Under the pieces are notes generated by a model, which saw nothing but the letters and a program-made list of their open reading frames with translations, was not told the DNA's origin and searched no databases. Shown here in pieces: positions 9,071 through 18,128 of a stretch of DNA of 64,000 bases. Within the stretch, counting starts at the first letter, position 1; the number at the start of each line of letters is the position of its first letter. A program made the translations under genes and the position numbers. Source of the DNA: Candidatus Aenigmatarchaeota archaeon (lineage in GTDB: Archaea > Aenigmatarchaeota > Aenigmatarchaeia > CG10238-14 > SpSt-28); the NCBI GenBank assembly GCA_038742305.1, contig JAVYKI010000003.1:181-64180 (forward strand), given 5' to 3'.

Positions 9071-10297
9071 TTATTTTTTGAATGTCTTATAACTTATTTT
9101 TAAAGCTTCTAATCCAGGCATTGGTTTTCCTGCAAGAAAATTTAAAAGAGCCCCTCCCCCAATACTTATATGATTAAAGTTTTTAGGTATTCCTAATTTT
9201 TCTATAGCAACGCTAGTATCTCCACCTCCCACAAGACTATATAAATCGATCTTAGCAATAAATTCTAATAATTCTTTAGTACCTTTTTCAAAACCGCTTT
9301 TTTCAAACATTCCCATAGGACCTTTAATTATTACGCTTCTAGATTCTTTCAAAATTCTTTTATATTCTTCTATAGTTTTTGACCCTATATCAAGTATTAA
9401 AGCATCTTTAGGAATTTTTTCTATTTCAACTTCTTTTCTTTTTCCGTTTTCTTCTATTGCAACATCCATTGGAATAACAATCTCTTTATAGAAACTTGAC
9501 AATAATTCTTTTGCTTTATCTAAAAGCTTTATTAAACCTTTTTTCTCTAATATTTCTTTACTTTTGCTACCTATTTCATATCCTTTAGCTAAAAGAAATA
9601 AATTAGCAAGTAAGCCTCCAGAAAGCACTTTTTCAATGCTTTCTGGCCTGTTTTTTAGCATATGTTCTAGTATAGGTATAACATCATCTATTTTTGCCCC
9701 TCCAATTAACCAAGTGTTTATTCCTAAAGGTTTTAAAGCATTTTTTATACTTTCTATTTCTTTTTCTAATACTCTTCCAGCAATCATTGGCCTAACTTTT
9801 GCAAAACCAACAATGCTCGCATGGCTTCTATGGGAAACAGAAAAAGCATCAAGAATATAATAATCTATATAATTCTTAAGGAATTGGACTATTTTTGAAT
9901 TTGAATGCTCTTCAAAACTTTTTTCAACATCTTCATCTTCTAAAAACCTTACATTATCTAAAAGCAATGCTTCTCCAAATTTTAATTCTTCAATAGCTTT
10001 TTTTGCATTATTGCCAATAACTTCATTTACAAATTTAATTTTGTAACCAACTTCTTTTTCAAGAATTTCTGCATGCTGCTCTAAAGAAATAAAATCTGGT
10101 TCTCCTTTTCTGCTTTGATGAGCCAATATTATAACTTTTGCTCCTATTTCTATAAGCTCTCTTATACTTTTTGCATGTTTTTCAAATCTTTCATTTTTTT
10201 CGACCTTACCATTTATTACATCAGAATTTAAATCAACTCTTATTGTAACAGTTTTATTTTTTAACTCAAAATCATCTATTACAAAAAATTCCTTCAT
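9071..10297 (-). CDS. pgk: Phosphoglycerate kinase
   Basis: RVDLN, AHQSR, DAFSVSHRSHAS, GPMGMFE, GGGDT, SIGGGA. Confidence 0.98.
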   Translation of the reverse strand: MKEFFVIDDFELKNKTVTIRVDLNSDVINGKVEKNERFEKHAKSIRELIEIGAKVIILAHQSRKGEPDFISLEQHAEILEKEVGYKIKFVNEVIGNNAKKAIEELKFGEALLLDNVRFLEDEDVEKSFEEHSNSKIVQFLKNYIDYYILDAFSVSHRSHASIVGFAKVRPMIAGRVLEKEIESIKNALKPLGINTWLIGGAKIDDVIPILEHMLKNRPESIEKVLSGGLLANLFLLAKGYEIGSKSKEILEKKGLIKLLDKAKELLSSFYKEIVIPMDVAIEENGKRKEVEIEKIPKDALILDIGSKTIEEYKRILKESRSVIIKGPMGMFEKSGFEKGTKELLEFIAKIDLYSLVGGGDTSVAIEKLGIPKNFNHISIGGGALLNFLAGKPMPGLEALKISYKTFKK

Positions 10298-10914
10298 AAT
10301 TTTTCATAAATTTTTTCTAGTATTTCTTTAGGAATTTTGCATGCCAATAAAATTCCGTTTCCATCTATATAAGGAACGAAAACAATTTTATCTCTAAATT
10401 TGTAAATACTATTAATTAATTTTCTTGGAGTCGGAGTTAAAAATTCCTTATCTTTAGCGCCTTCAAATATTTTTATATAAAAAGATATAACAACATAACC
10501 ATTTTGCTTTAGAGCTTTAATTGAAGATTGTAGGAAACTTTTTAAAACGAAAGGTTTCCAATTAATTACATTAAATGCACATAAAGCATCTATATAGTTT
10601 TCTTCTAGATACTTAGAAATATTGTAGCCATAGTCGTTAATAACTTTTATGTTTACATAATTTTCAAATTCTTTAATAAGTTCTTTGTATCTTGAACTAT
10701 CTGGTTCAAAAATTATTATGTTAAAATGTTTTTCTAAAATATTTTTAATATGTTTCTCCTCTTCTTTGCTAGGTCCAATTACAACTACAGTTTTAGTTTC
10801 ATATAGTTCTTTTTCTAAATTTCTATAAAATATATCGTAGACGAATTTTCTTAAAAGGATTTGAGTTTTGTTTAAACCTTTCCATGCTCCTTTTCTTGCA
10901 TAAGGCAAACTCAT
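10294..10914 (-). CDS. Class I SAM-dependent methyltransferase-like protein
   Basis: VVVIGP, IIIFEPD, DALCAFNV, KALKQNGYVVI Rossmann pattern. Confidence 0.6.
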   Translation of the reverse strand: MSLPYARKGAWKGLNKTQILLRKFVYDIFYRNLEKELYETKTVVVIGPSKEEEKHIKNILEKHFNIIIFEPDSSRYKELIKEFENYVNIKVINDYGYNISKYLEENYIDALCAFNVINWKPFVLKSFLQSSIKALKQNGYVVISFYIKIFEGAKDKEFLTPTPRKLINSIYKFRDKIVFVPYIDGNGILLACKIPKEILEKIYEKL

Positions 10915-10978
10915 AAATATTTAAAAACTTTAATCCATAATTCTGGACTAAATATATCACTTGCTAATATACTTTCTT

Positions 10979-11749
10979 TTAATTTTTTTCTAAAATACTT
11001 CCAAGCAAACCATTTAAATAAGCAGCAGCACAAGCAGCTTTAAAAGGCTCGATTTTTCTAGCTAAATATGCCCCAAGAATTCCTGATAAAGTATCTCCAA
11101 AACCTCCTTTTGTCATGTATTCGCTTCCAGTTTTATTTATTGCAACTTTTTCTCCATTACTTATTACATCAACATGACCTTTCAATAATATTGTACAATC
11201 AAGTTCTTTTGCAACATCTTTTACAGCTGTAATTCTTTTATTAACATCTTTTTCAACTTTTATTCCGCTCAAAACATAAAATTCATAAGAATGTGGGGTA
11301 ATTACAAAATTTTGATTTAGTTTATTTTGTATTGCATAAATTGCATCAGCATCTATTACACAAAAATTTTTACACTTTTTAATAAAGCTTCTAATATTTT
11401 TTAAAACTTTATTTTCTCTTGTCATTCCATTTCCAATAGTAAAAGCAGTTAAATCTTTCGAATTTTTTAAAACAAAATTTAAAGCTTTTTTATCGAAAAA
11501 ATCGCCTTTGTAAGGGAAAACAATTAAATCAGGTAAAAAGCTTCTTATTACGTTTGCAATACATTCTGGAGCAAATATTCTAACTAAATCGCAACCAACC
11601 CTTAAAGCAGAAGTAGCAACAAAAACCGGACTACCAGAATAAAAATAACTTCCAGCAATAATTCCAAGCTTTCCATACATTCCTTTATGACTCCAAACAT
11701 CTCTTTTTTTATAAATTTCTTTTAAAATTTTTGGAGAAACAATATTCAT
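10979..11749 (-). CDS. nnrD: ADP-dependent NAD(P)H-hydrate dehydratase; C-terminus continues in the -1 frame to 10911
   Basis: SHKGMYG..IAGS..YSGSP, VIDADA, ITPHSYEF, LLKG, GGFGDTLSG. Confidence 0.92.
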   Translation of the reverse strand: MNIVSPKILKEIYKKRDVWSHKGMYGKLGIIAGSYFYSGSPVFVATSALRVGCDLVRIFAPECIANVIRSFLPDLIVFPYKGDFFDKKALNFVLKNSKDLTAFTIGNGMTRENKVLKNIRSFIKKCKNFCVIDADAIYAIQNKLNQNFVITPHSYEFYVLSGIKVEKDVNKRITAVKDVAKELDCTILLKGHVDVISNGEKVAINKTGSEYMTKGGFGDTLSGILGAYLARKIEPFKAACAAAYLNGLLGSILEKN

Positions 11750-11773
11750 AATATTAAATAAAGAATTACTATT

Positions 11774-12817
11774 ATGCATGCAAAACCAAAAGTTGTTGTA
11801 AACGGAATAGGAACTATAGGAAAAAGAGTTGCTCATGCCTTAAAGCTACAAGATGATATAGAGCTAGTAGCAATTTCTACAAAATCTCCAAACTATATTT
11901 TAAAAACACTTTTAGAACCGAAAGGACCACTTTATGGTACTGATTTATATGCTAGCGATAAAGATGCTTTAGAAGCTATGAGGAAAGAAGGAATGTTGGT
12001 TAACGGAACTTTAGAAGATTTATTAAAAAATGGAGCAGTAGATGTTGTAATAGATTGTACTCCAGAAGGAGTTGGAGCACTAAATAAGAAAAACCTTTAC
12101 GAAAAATATGGAGTAAAAGCAATATTTCAAGGCGGAGAAAAAGCAGAAGTTGCTGAAGTTACGTTTAATTCTGTTTACAATTATGAAGAAGCTATTGAAA
12201 AGCAATATGTAAGAGTTCCAAGCTGTAATACTACGAGCCTAATAAGAACTTTGAGCGCAATAGATTGGAAAATTGGAATTGAATATGCTTTTGTTGCATT
12301 AGCAAGAAGAGCTGTTGATCCGCATGAATATACTAAAGGACCAATTAATGCTGTAGAATTTGATAAGCATGTACCTTCTCATCATTCGATAGATGTAAAA
12401 ACTGTAATGAAAAATTTAAACATTTTTAGTTTAGCTGTTAAAGTTCCGACAACATTAGCACATACTCATATGATAGATATAGTAGCTAAAAGAGAAACTA
12501 GCTTAGAAGAAGTTTTAGAAGCCTTTAACAATCAAACAAGAGTAATAATGCTAGATGCAAAAGAATATCCATCAACAAGCACAATAATAGAAAAGTTTAG
12601 AGATTACTGTAGGCCAAGATATGATATGTATGAAGTAGTTGTTTTAAGAGATTTAATTAATGTAGATAAAAATAGAATAAGGTATATGCAAGTTGTTCAT
12701 CAAGAAGCAGTTGTTATTCCAGAAAATGTAGATGCAGTAAGAGCAATTACTGGAATAGAAAAAGATAAGTGGAAAAGCATAAAGAAAACAAACGAATCTC
12801 TAGGAATTATTAAATAA
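11774..12817 (+). CDS. gap: Archaeal type II glyceraldehyde-3-phosphate dehydrogenase
   Basis: NGIGTIGKRVA, FQGGEK, SCNTT, HQEAVVIPENVDA. Confidence 0.97.
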   Translation: MHAKPKVVVNGIGTIGKRVAHALKLQDDIELVAISTKSPNYILKTLLEPKGPLYGTDLYASDKDALEAMRKEGMLVNGTLEDLLKNGAVDVVIDCTPEGVGALNKKNLYEKYGVKAIFQGGEKAEVAEVTFNSVYNYEEAIEKQYVRVPSCNTTSLIRTLSAIDWKIGIEYAFVALARRAVDPHEYTKGPINAVEFDKHVPSHHSIDVKTVMKNLNIFSLAVKVPTTLAHTHMIDIVAKRETSLEEVLEAFNNQTRVIMLDAKEYPSTSTIIEKFRDYCRPRYDMYEVVVLRDLINVDKNRIRYMQVVHQEAVVIPENVDAVRAITGIEKDKWKSIKKTNESLGIIK

Positions 12818-12821
12818 ATTA

Positions 12822-13181
12822 ATGAAGGGCACTTATGTTTTAATTTTGAAATGTTTAAAGAATTGTAGAATAAAAATTGGAAAGATCGGTACTATAGAAT
12901 TTAAAAAAGGCTATTATTTTTATGTTGGTTCTGCTTTTAATAGTTTAGAAAAAAGAATTGAAAGACATTTAAAAAGAAAGAAAAAGAAAAAATGGCACAT
13001 CGATTATTTAACTACTAATAAAAATTTTAAAGTAATAGATGTAATTTGGATAAGAAAAAGAGTTGAATCAAAACTTTCTAAAGAATTTGAAAAACATTTT
13101 GAATATATTAAAAATTTTGGAAGCAGCGATACAAAAGATAAATCTCACTTATTTTATTACAATGGCAGGTTTTCCAGGTAA
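12822..13181 (+). CDS. GIY-YIG nuclease family protein (DUF123-like)
   Basis: KGTYVL, GYYFYVGSA, RIERH, WHIDYL, FGSSD..SHL. Confidence 0.88.
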   Translation: MKGTYVLILKCLKNCRIKIGKIGTIEFKKGYYFYVGSAFNSLEKRIERHLKRKKKKKWHIDYLTTNKNFKVIDVIWIRKRVESKLSKEFEKHFEYIKNFGSSDTKDKSHLFYYNGRFSR

Positions 13182-15905
13182 GCTTCTAATAGCTTTTTCC
13201 TCTCTTGATTCCTCTTCTCTTTCAATAATTACTTTTGCTTTAAAAATTTTTTCAAAAAAATCTTTATTTTCTTTTAATATTTCTTCTTCGTTTTCAGTGA
13301 AATAATTAAGAACTTCTGCACTCGTTTTTCTTTTTAAAAACTTAGATAATTCTTTTTCCTTTTCTAAAAAACTTAAGTTAGAATTTATTAATTTTTTAAA
13401 AAATTCTTGCTTTTCTTTAGATGCAACAATTATTTTTATTTCTTTTGTTTCTTCTTTTTTAACAAGTTTTATTACTTCTCTTAAATCTTCTAAAACTCTT
13501 TTAATATATTCTTCACTTTTAATTACTTTTTCATCTATTTCTTCAACTTTTGGCCATTCAATTTTTTCTCCAATAATTTCAAAAATTTCAGAAACTAAGT
13601 GAGGGATAATAGGATAAACTATTATGCTTCTTATTTTTATGTATTCATTAATAGTTTTTCTAGAAATTTCGTTTGTTCTTTGTTTATACCAATTAAAGTA
13701 ATTTTCTAATTCAAACCACTTATTTATTACATTTCTATAATCTAAAATTTCGTAATAATTTTCAACTTCTTTTACAACTTTTTTCAATACATTTTCAAAC
13801 CATTTATCTATATATTTTTCGCTTTCTATTCCTTTATTATAATTTTCTTTAACAAAATTTAGCCATTCTATTAGCATTTCTTCAATTTTATTAATTTTTG
13901 AATATTCAATGTTTATATCATCTATTCCAGAAAAACTATTCAATGCAAGCAAAAACCTTAAGGCATCTGAAGAATTTTTTTCTAAGGCAAAAAGAATTGG
14001 AATAAAGTTTCCTTTACTTTTGCTCATTTTTTCTCCATTAATTAACACATGCCCATTAATTGCAATTCCTTTTGGCCAATATTTTTTTGGGAAAATTGCA
14101 ACATGGTGAAAAATCATAAAAGCTAAATGATTAGGAATTAAATCTTTTCCGCTAACTCTTAAATCTAAAGGATACCAAAATTCAAACTCTCTTTTTATTT
14201 CTTCTAGTAAACTTTTTTCAATTTTCAATTTTTTAGAAATTTCTTCAGCGTTTCCTTTATCTAAAAATATAAAGTCAAAAAACTCTTTTGTTAATTTTTC
14301 TGGCTCTATTTTTCTTATTAAATGTGCAATTGTATAAAAAGCCATATAAATTGTTGAATCTGATAAGCTTTCAATAAGCCATTCTTTTTCCCAAGGCAAA
14401 GGAGTCCCTAAAATATCTTTATGAGTAAAAGCCCAATCTCTTAACCAATCTATTACTCTATGAAACTCTTGCTTTAAGTTTTCAGGATAAAAATTCATTT
14501 GTTCTACACATTCATGAGCAAGCTTTTTCCAATTAGTATCGCTATAATTTAAAAACCATTGCTCAATTTTTTTAACTATAACTTTATTATTATACCTAGA
14601 AACAAACCTTAAAGGCAAAGTTAAATATTCTATTGCAATATTTTTTTCAATTAATTCTTTTGCAAAACTTTCTTTTATTTCAAAAATTCTTTTATTTGAA
14701 AACTTTCCAAAAAATTCTCTAGTAATTGCATTATAATATTCTTTTGAATAAATTTCTTCTGTAGCTTTTTCCAATTTTTCTTTATCTTTTTGAGAAGAAA
14801 TTTTCATTTTTTCAACAATATACTTAGCTGGAAAATCTGTATAATTTTCTAATTTAAACAAGGATTTCATATTTTTCAAACATTTTTCAGCAAAATCTTT
14901 ATATTCAGTTTTTAGCAAATCAACTAAAGCAATATAGTCATAAGGAGCATGAGCAGGAACACTCATTACAATTCCAGTACCAATTTCTACATCAACAAAT
15001 TCTGCAGGTAATATAGGAACAAATTCATTAGTTACTAAGTTTTTAACTTCTTTTAATAATAACTCTTTCGAGCTAATTTTTTCCAAAACTTCTACTTTAA
15101 AATCTTGACCTTTTAACTCTTCTATTACAATGCTATTAGGCAAGATCCAATACTCTTCATTTACTTTACAAATTAAATATTCGAAATTTGGATTTATCCA
15201 TATGTTTGTTGTTCCTAAAACAGTTTCTGGCCTTAAAGTAAAGCAAGGAAAATATACTTTTTTATTTTTTATTTCTCCTTCAAATTTTATTATATAACCT
15301 TCAATATAACTTATTCCAACATATTCATCAGGTCTATCATGGTCTCCAATAACTTTATTAACTATAGGGTCATAAACAACAGGATGCTTTCCTTTGCTTA
15401 TATAACCTTTTTCTTTTAAAGTTAAATATTGCCACTCAATAAATTTATTGTAATGAGCATCCAATTCTGTAGTTGTAAAAGCTCTTCTCCAATCAATAGC
15501 GCAACCAAGTTTTTTAAAAGCTTCTTTTGCTTTAGGTAAAAAGTATTCAATCCAATAAATAGGTTTTTTAAATTTTTCTATTTCTTCTTCTTTTACCCCT
15601 TGCATCAATAAATCCTTTTTTATTTTTTCGTCGTTTTGTTTTAATCTATAAGCTGCAGCTACTATTGGAGAGCCAGTTAAGTGGAAAGCTTGAGGAAAAA
15701 GGACATTATAACCTTTTAATTTTTTATATCTAGCAATAAATTCTGCCCTAGAAATTGTAAGAGCATGGCCTAGATGCAATAAACCATTAACATAAGGATA
15801 AGGGAATGTAACAAAAAATTTTTTTCCGTTTGGTTTTGAATAAAATTCATTCCTTTCTTCCCAAATTTTTTGCCATTTTTCTTCTATTTGCTTTAAAATA
15901 CTCAT
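13149..15905 (-). CDS. leuS: Leucine--tRNA ligase
   Basis: PYPYVNGLLHLGH, DHDR, TLRPET, GTGIVMSVPAHAPYD, KMSKS. Confidence 0.98.
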   Translation of the reverse strand: MSILKQIEEKWQKIWEERNEFYSKPNGKKFFVTFPYPYVNGLLHLGHALTISRAEFIARYKKLKGYNVLFPQAFHLTGSPIVAAAYRLKQNDEKIKKDLLMQGVKEEEIEKFKKPIYWIEYFLPKAKEAFKKLGCAIDWRRAFTTTELDAHYNKFIEWQYLTLKEKGYISKGKHPVVYDPIVNKVIGDHDRPDEYVGISYIEGYIIKFEGEIKNKKVYFPCFTLRPETVLGTTNIWINPNFEYLICKVNEEYWILPNSIVIEELKGQDFKVEVLEKISSKELLLKEVKNLVTNEFVPILPAEFVDVEIGTGIVMSVPAHAPYDYIALVDLLKTEYKDFAEKCLKNMKSLFKLENYTDFPAKYIVEKMKISSQKDKEKLEKATEEIYSKEYYNAITREFFGKFSNKRIFEIKESFAKELIEKNIAIEYLTLPLRFVSRYNNKVIVKKIEQWFLNYSDTNWKKLAHECVEQMNFYPENLKQEFHRVIDWLRDWAFTHKDILGTPLPWEKEWLIESLSDSTIYMAFYTIAHLIRKIEPEKLTKEFFDFIFLDKGNAEEISKKLKIEKSLLEEIKREFEFWYPLDLRVSGKDLIPNHLAFMIFHHVAIFPKKYWPKGIAINGHVLINGEKMSKSKGNFIPILFALEKNSSDALRFLLALNSFSGIDDINIEYSKINKIEEMLIEWLNFVKENYNKGIESEKYIDKWFENVLKKVVKEVENYYEILDYRNVINKWFELENYFNWYKQRTNEISRKTINEYIKIRSIIVYPIIPHLVSEIFEIIGEKIEWPKVEEIDEKVIKSEEYIKRVLEDLREVIKLVKKEETKEIKIIVASKEKQEFFKKLINSNLSFLEKEKELSKFLKRKTSAEVLNYFTENEEEILKENKDFFEKIFKAKVIIEREEESREEKAIRSLPGKPAIVIK

Positions 15906-15931
15906 AAAATATAATAATTATTTTTTCTATT

Positions 15932-16013
15932 TGCGGGGGGTGGGATTTGAACCCACGAAGCTCTGCGCAGCTGGCCCTGAACCAGCCCCCTTTGTCCACT
16001 CGGGCACCCCCGC
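15932..16013 (-). tRNA. tRNA-Leu(CAG)
   Basis: Cloverleaf, anticodon arm GCTGG-TT-CAG-GG-CCAGC, long variable arm. Confidence 0.95.
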
Positions 16014-16020
16014 TAAAATA

Positions 16021-16437
16021 TTAAACAAGTTTTTGCAAAATTTCAATAAGCTCTTTCAGCTTACTTTTTTTAATTGCAACAGAACCAATACTTCTGTATT
16101 TAGTTTTGTCTCTAACCAAAAAATCTTTTTTTGTTTGATTAATTCTTATAAATTCTTCTTGGTCAGAATAAATAGGTTTAAAAACATCTATCCAAAGAAT
16201 GTTATCATTTCCTTGGTCTATTTTTGCAATAAATTGAGACTCTCCAGTATAATAAAAAATTTTTGCAGGCCCTCTTTCTTCAAAATCAACTTTTTTCTCT
16301 ATTAACAATCTTTCAAGTATTTTTGTAACAGTATGTCTATTTAAATCTAGAATGTTTGCAATTTCAGTAATAGTTAAGCCTCTAGGGCTTTTCTTTATTA
16401 GTTCCAAAACCCTTTTTACATTACTTTTTTCTTCCAT
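16021..16437 (-). CDS. wHTH protein with putative PC4/PUR-like C-terminal domain
   Basis: GLTITEIANILDLNRHTVTKILERL HTH; C-terminal LWIDVF..FIRINQ..SVAI..LKELIEIL pattern. Confidence 0.75.
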   Translation of the reverse strand: MEEKSNVKRVLELIKKSPRGLTITEIANILDLNRHTVTKILERLLIEKKVDFEERGPAKIFYYTGESQFIAKIDQGNDNILWIDVFKPIYSDQEEFIRINQTKKDFLVRDKTKYRSIGSVAIKKSKLKELIEILQKLV

Positions 16438-16467
16438 AATTTAATTAAGTTTAATAAATAATAAATT

Positions 16468-16518
16468 TTGTCTATACAATTAAGTATAGAAATCTTTATA
16501 TACCCTATTGTCTATACA
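16468..16518. promoter_or_regulatory. Putative operator: palindrome plus direct repeat flanking a TATA box
   Basis: TCTATAC-N6-GTATAGA at 16471..16490; TTGTCTATACA at 16468 and 16508; TTTATATA at 16495..16502. Confidence 0.65.
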
Positions 16519-16523
16519 TTAAT

Positions 16524-17216
16524 ATGGCAACAAAAATATCTATACTATATTTTAGAACGGCTAGAACTGCTGAAGAAATAGAAAAAGAGCTAAATAAAGT
16601 ATCTGCAGAAGACTATTGGATAATAGCAAAAAGAAACAACAATCAAATAAAAATAATTTTCAATTTTTCTGTAGAGCTTGAAAAACTTTTGAGAAGAGTT
16701 TTAGAAATAAATGAAATAGAAAACTTTTTTGATGGAAAATCAAAACAAAAAGTTAAAAGAAATATAAAAGCAATAATGGATTTTTCAAAAAACTTATTAA
16801 TAATATTTAGAGGTCAAGATGTTTTTACAAAACTATTTTTAGATGTTCTAGAAAAAGAATTGAGAATAAAATTCTTACCTTATTATATTTCAAGCAAATC
16901 TCTTTACGAAATTATAGAAAAGTATTGCATTTCATTAAATCAAATATACTTTAAGTTTGTTAACGGATTTGTTTTTGAAATGTACAAAGGAAAGTTTTTA
17001 AACTATAGCTTAACTATAAGAGAAAAAATGGAAAAATTTAAAAACAATATAAGAATAATTACAATAATTCCAAAAATTATTTTTGAAAGAAAAAAGTTTA
17101 GCGTAACAATTAATGGAGATAAAGGAAGTTTAAAGTTTTTTGGAAAGCCAAGCTTTAAAGAAATAAACCAAATAATAGAAATGATTTTTAGTATTAACAG
17201 AAATGGAATATCTTGA
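16524..17216 (+). CDS. Hypothetical soluble protein, 230 aa
   Basis: Long ORF with upstream TATA; overlaps the PIN gene. Confidence 0.75.
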   Translation: MATKISILYFRTARTAEEIEKELNKVSAEDYWIIAKRNNNQIKIIFNFSVELEKLLRRVLEINEIENFFDGKSKQKVKRNIKAIMDFSKNLLIIFRGQDVFTKLFLDVLEKELRIKFLPYYISSKSLYEIIEKYCISLNQIYFKFVNGFVFEMYKGKFLNYSLTIREKMEKFKNNIRIITIIPKIIFERKKFSVTINGDKGSLKFFGKPSFKEINQIIEMIFSINRNGIS

Positions 17217-17535
17217 TACTAACATTTTAATTTCTTATTTTAAGAAAAATAAAGAACCAAAAGGTATTATTTCGACTTTTTCTTTAATAGAATTAGAAAG
17301 ATTGAGAAAAATTGAAAATTTAACTTATAATTTTGAAAAACTAGAAATAATAGAATTAAAAAACATTAAAATAGATTTTTCAAAACTTTTCCATTTTTCT
17401 CAAATAGTTCTTGATAAAAGCTATTTAGCAGATTTTATTCATTTAGAAATTTGCTTGCAAAATAATTTAACTTTTTTAACTAAAGATAAAAAACTCGAAA
17501 AGCTAAAAGGAATTTATAAATTAAAAATTATTTAA
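17203..17535 (+). CDS. PIN-domain (VapC-like) ribonuclease
   Basis: YLDTNILI, STFSLIEL, LADFIHL, FLTKDKKL. Confidence 0.85.
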   Translation: MEYLDTNILISYFKKNKEPKGIISTFSLIELERLRKIENLTYNFEKLEIIELKNIKIDFSKLFHFSQIVLDKSYLADFIHLEICLQNNLTFLTKDKKLEKLKGIYKLKII

Positions 17536-18082
17536 AGCATTGGGATAATCTAATTGCTTTTTCTATTTCTCGCTTTTTCTCATAGATAATATTCTCGCAA
17601 AATTCAGAAGAATTAGTTAATTTCCAATTGTTACATTTTCCTTCGCAGCTATAAATTTCTGTTCCATTCTGAATTATTTTACTAATTTTTCCAAAAGCAT
17701 TTTGTGCAGAAAGCTCTATTTTTTCAATGTTATTTATTAGCTTGCATGTTATGTTTACAAATTGTACCTCTAAATTAAATCCAAAAGGATTAACTTCATA
17801 TAAAGTCTTACTATTAGCTTCTAGAAGTTCTACTTTCAATTTTTCTGGAGAAAGGAAAACAGAAACTTCTCCAGTAGAAATTCTTATTTTATCTTGGCAG
17901 TTATCTTTTGAAATTATAGAAGAAATTTCAGCAGGTTGTTCATAGTACTTATCAGTAACAAGTGGAAATAATCCAGTATAATTTAACTCTTTTAATAAAT
18001 TGTTTTTTATAGAAACATCAAGAACCAAAGGAACAACAACACCAATTATTGCAAGAATTTGAAGTATGTTTTCAAAGTTCAT
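17528..18082 (-). CDS. Membrane-anchored/secreted hypothetical protein
   Basis: N-terminal hydrophobic helix, several Cys; shares a motif with the C-terminus of 19872..23381. Confidence 0.7.
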   Translation of the reverse strand: MNFENILQILAIIGVVVPLVLDVSIKNNLLKELNYTGLFPLVTDKYYEQPAEISSIISKDNCQDKIRISTGEVSVFLSPEKLKVELLEANSKTLYEVNPFGFNLEVQFVNITCKLINNIEKIELSAQNAFGKISKIIQNGTEIYSCEGKCNNWKLTNSSEFCENIIYEKKREIEKAIRLSQCFK

Positions 18083-18128
18083 AAATTTATGAAAAATAAG
18101 TATTTAAATTAAAGATTTCTACACTAAA

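Noticed and set aside
15931..16305. 124-aa + strand ORF
   Set aside because: Antisense to tRNA-Leu(CAG) and the wHTH gene
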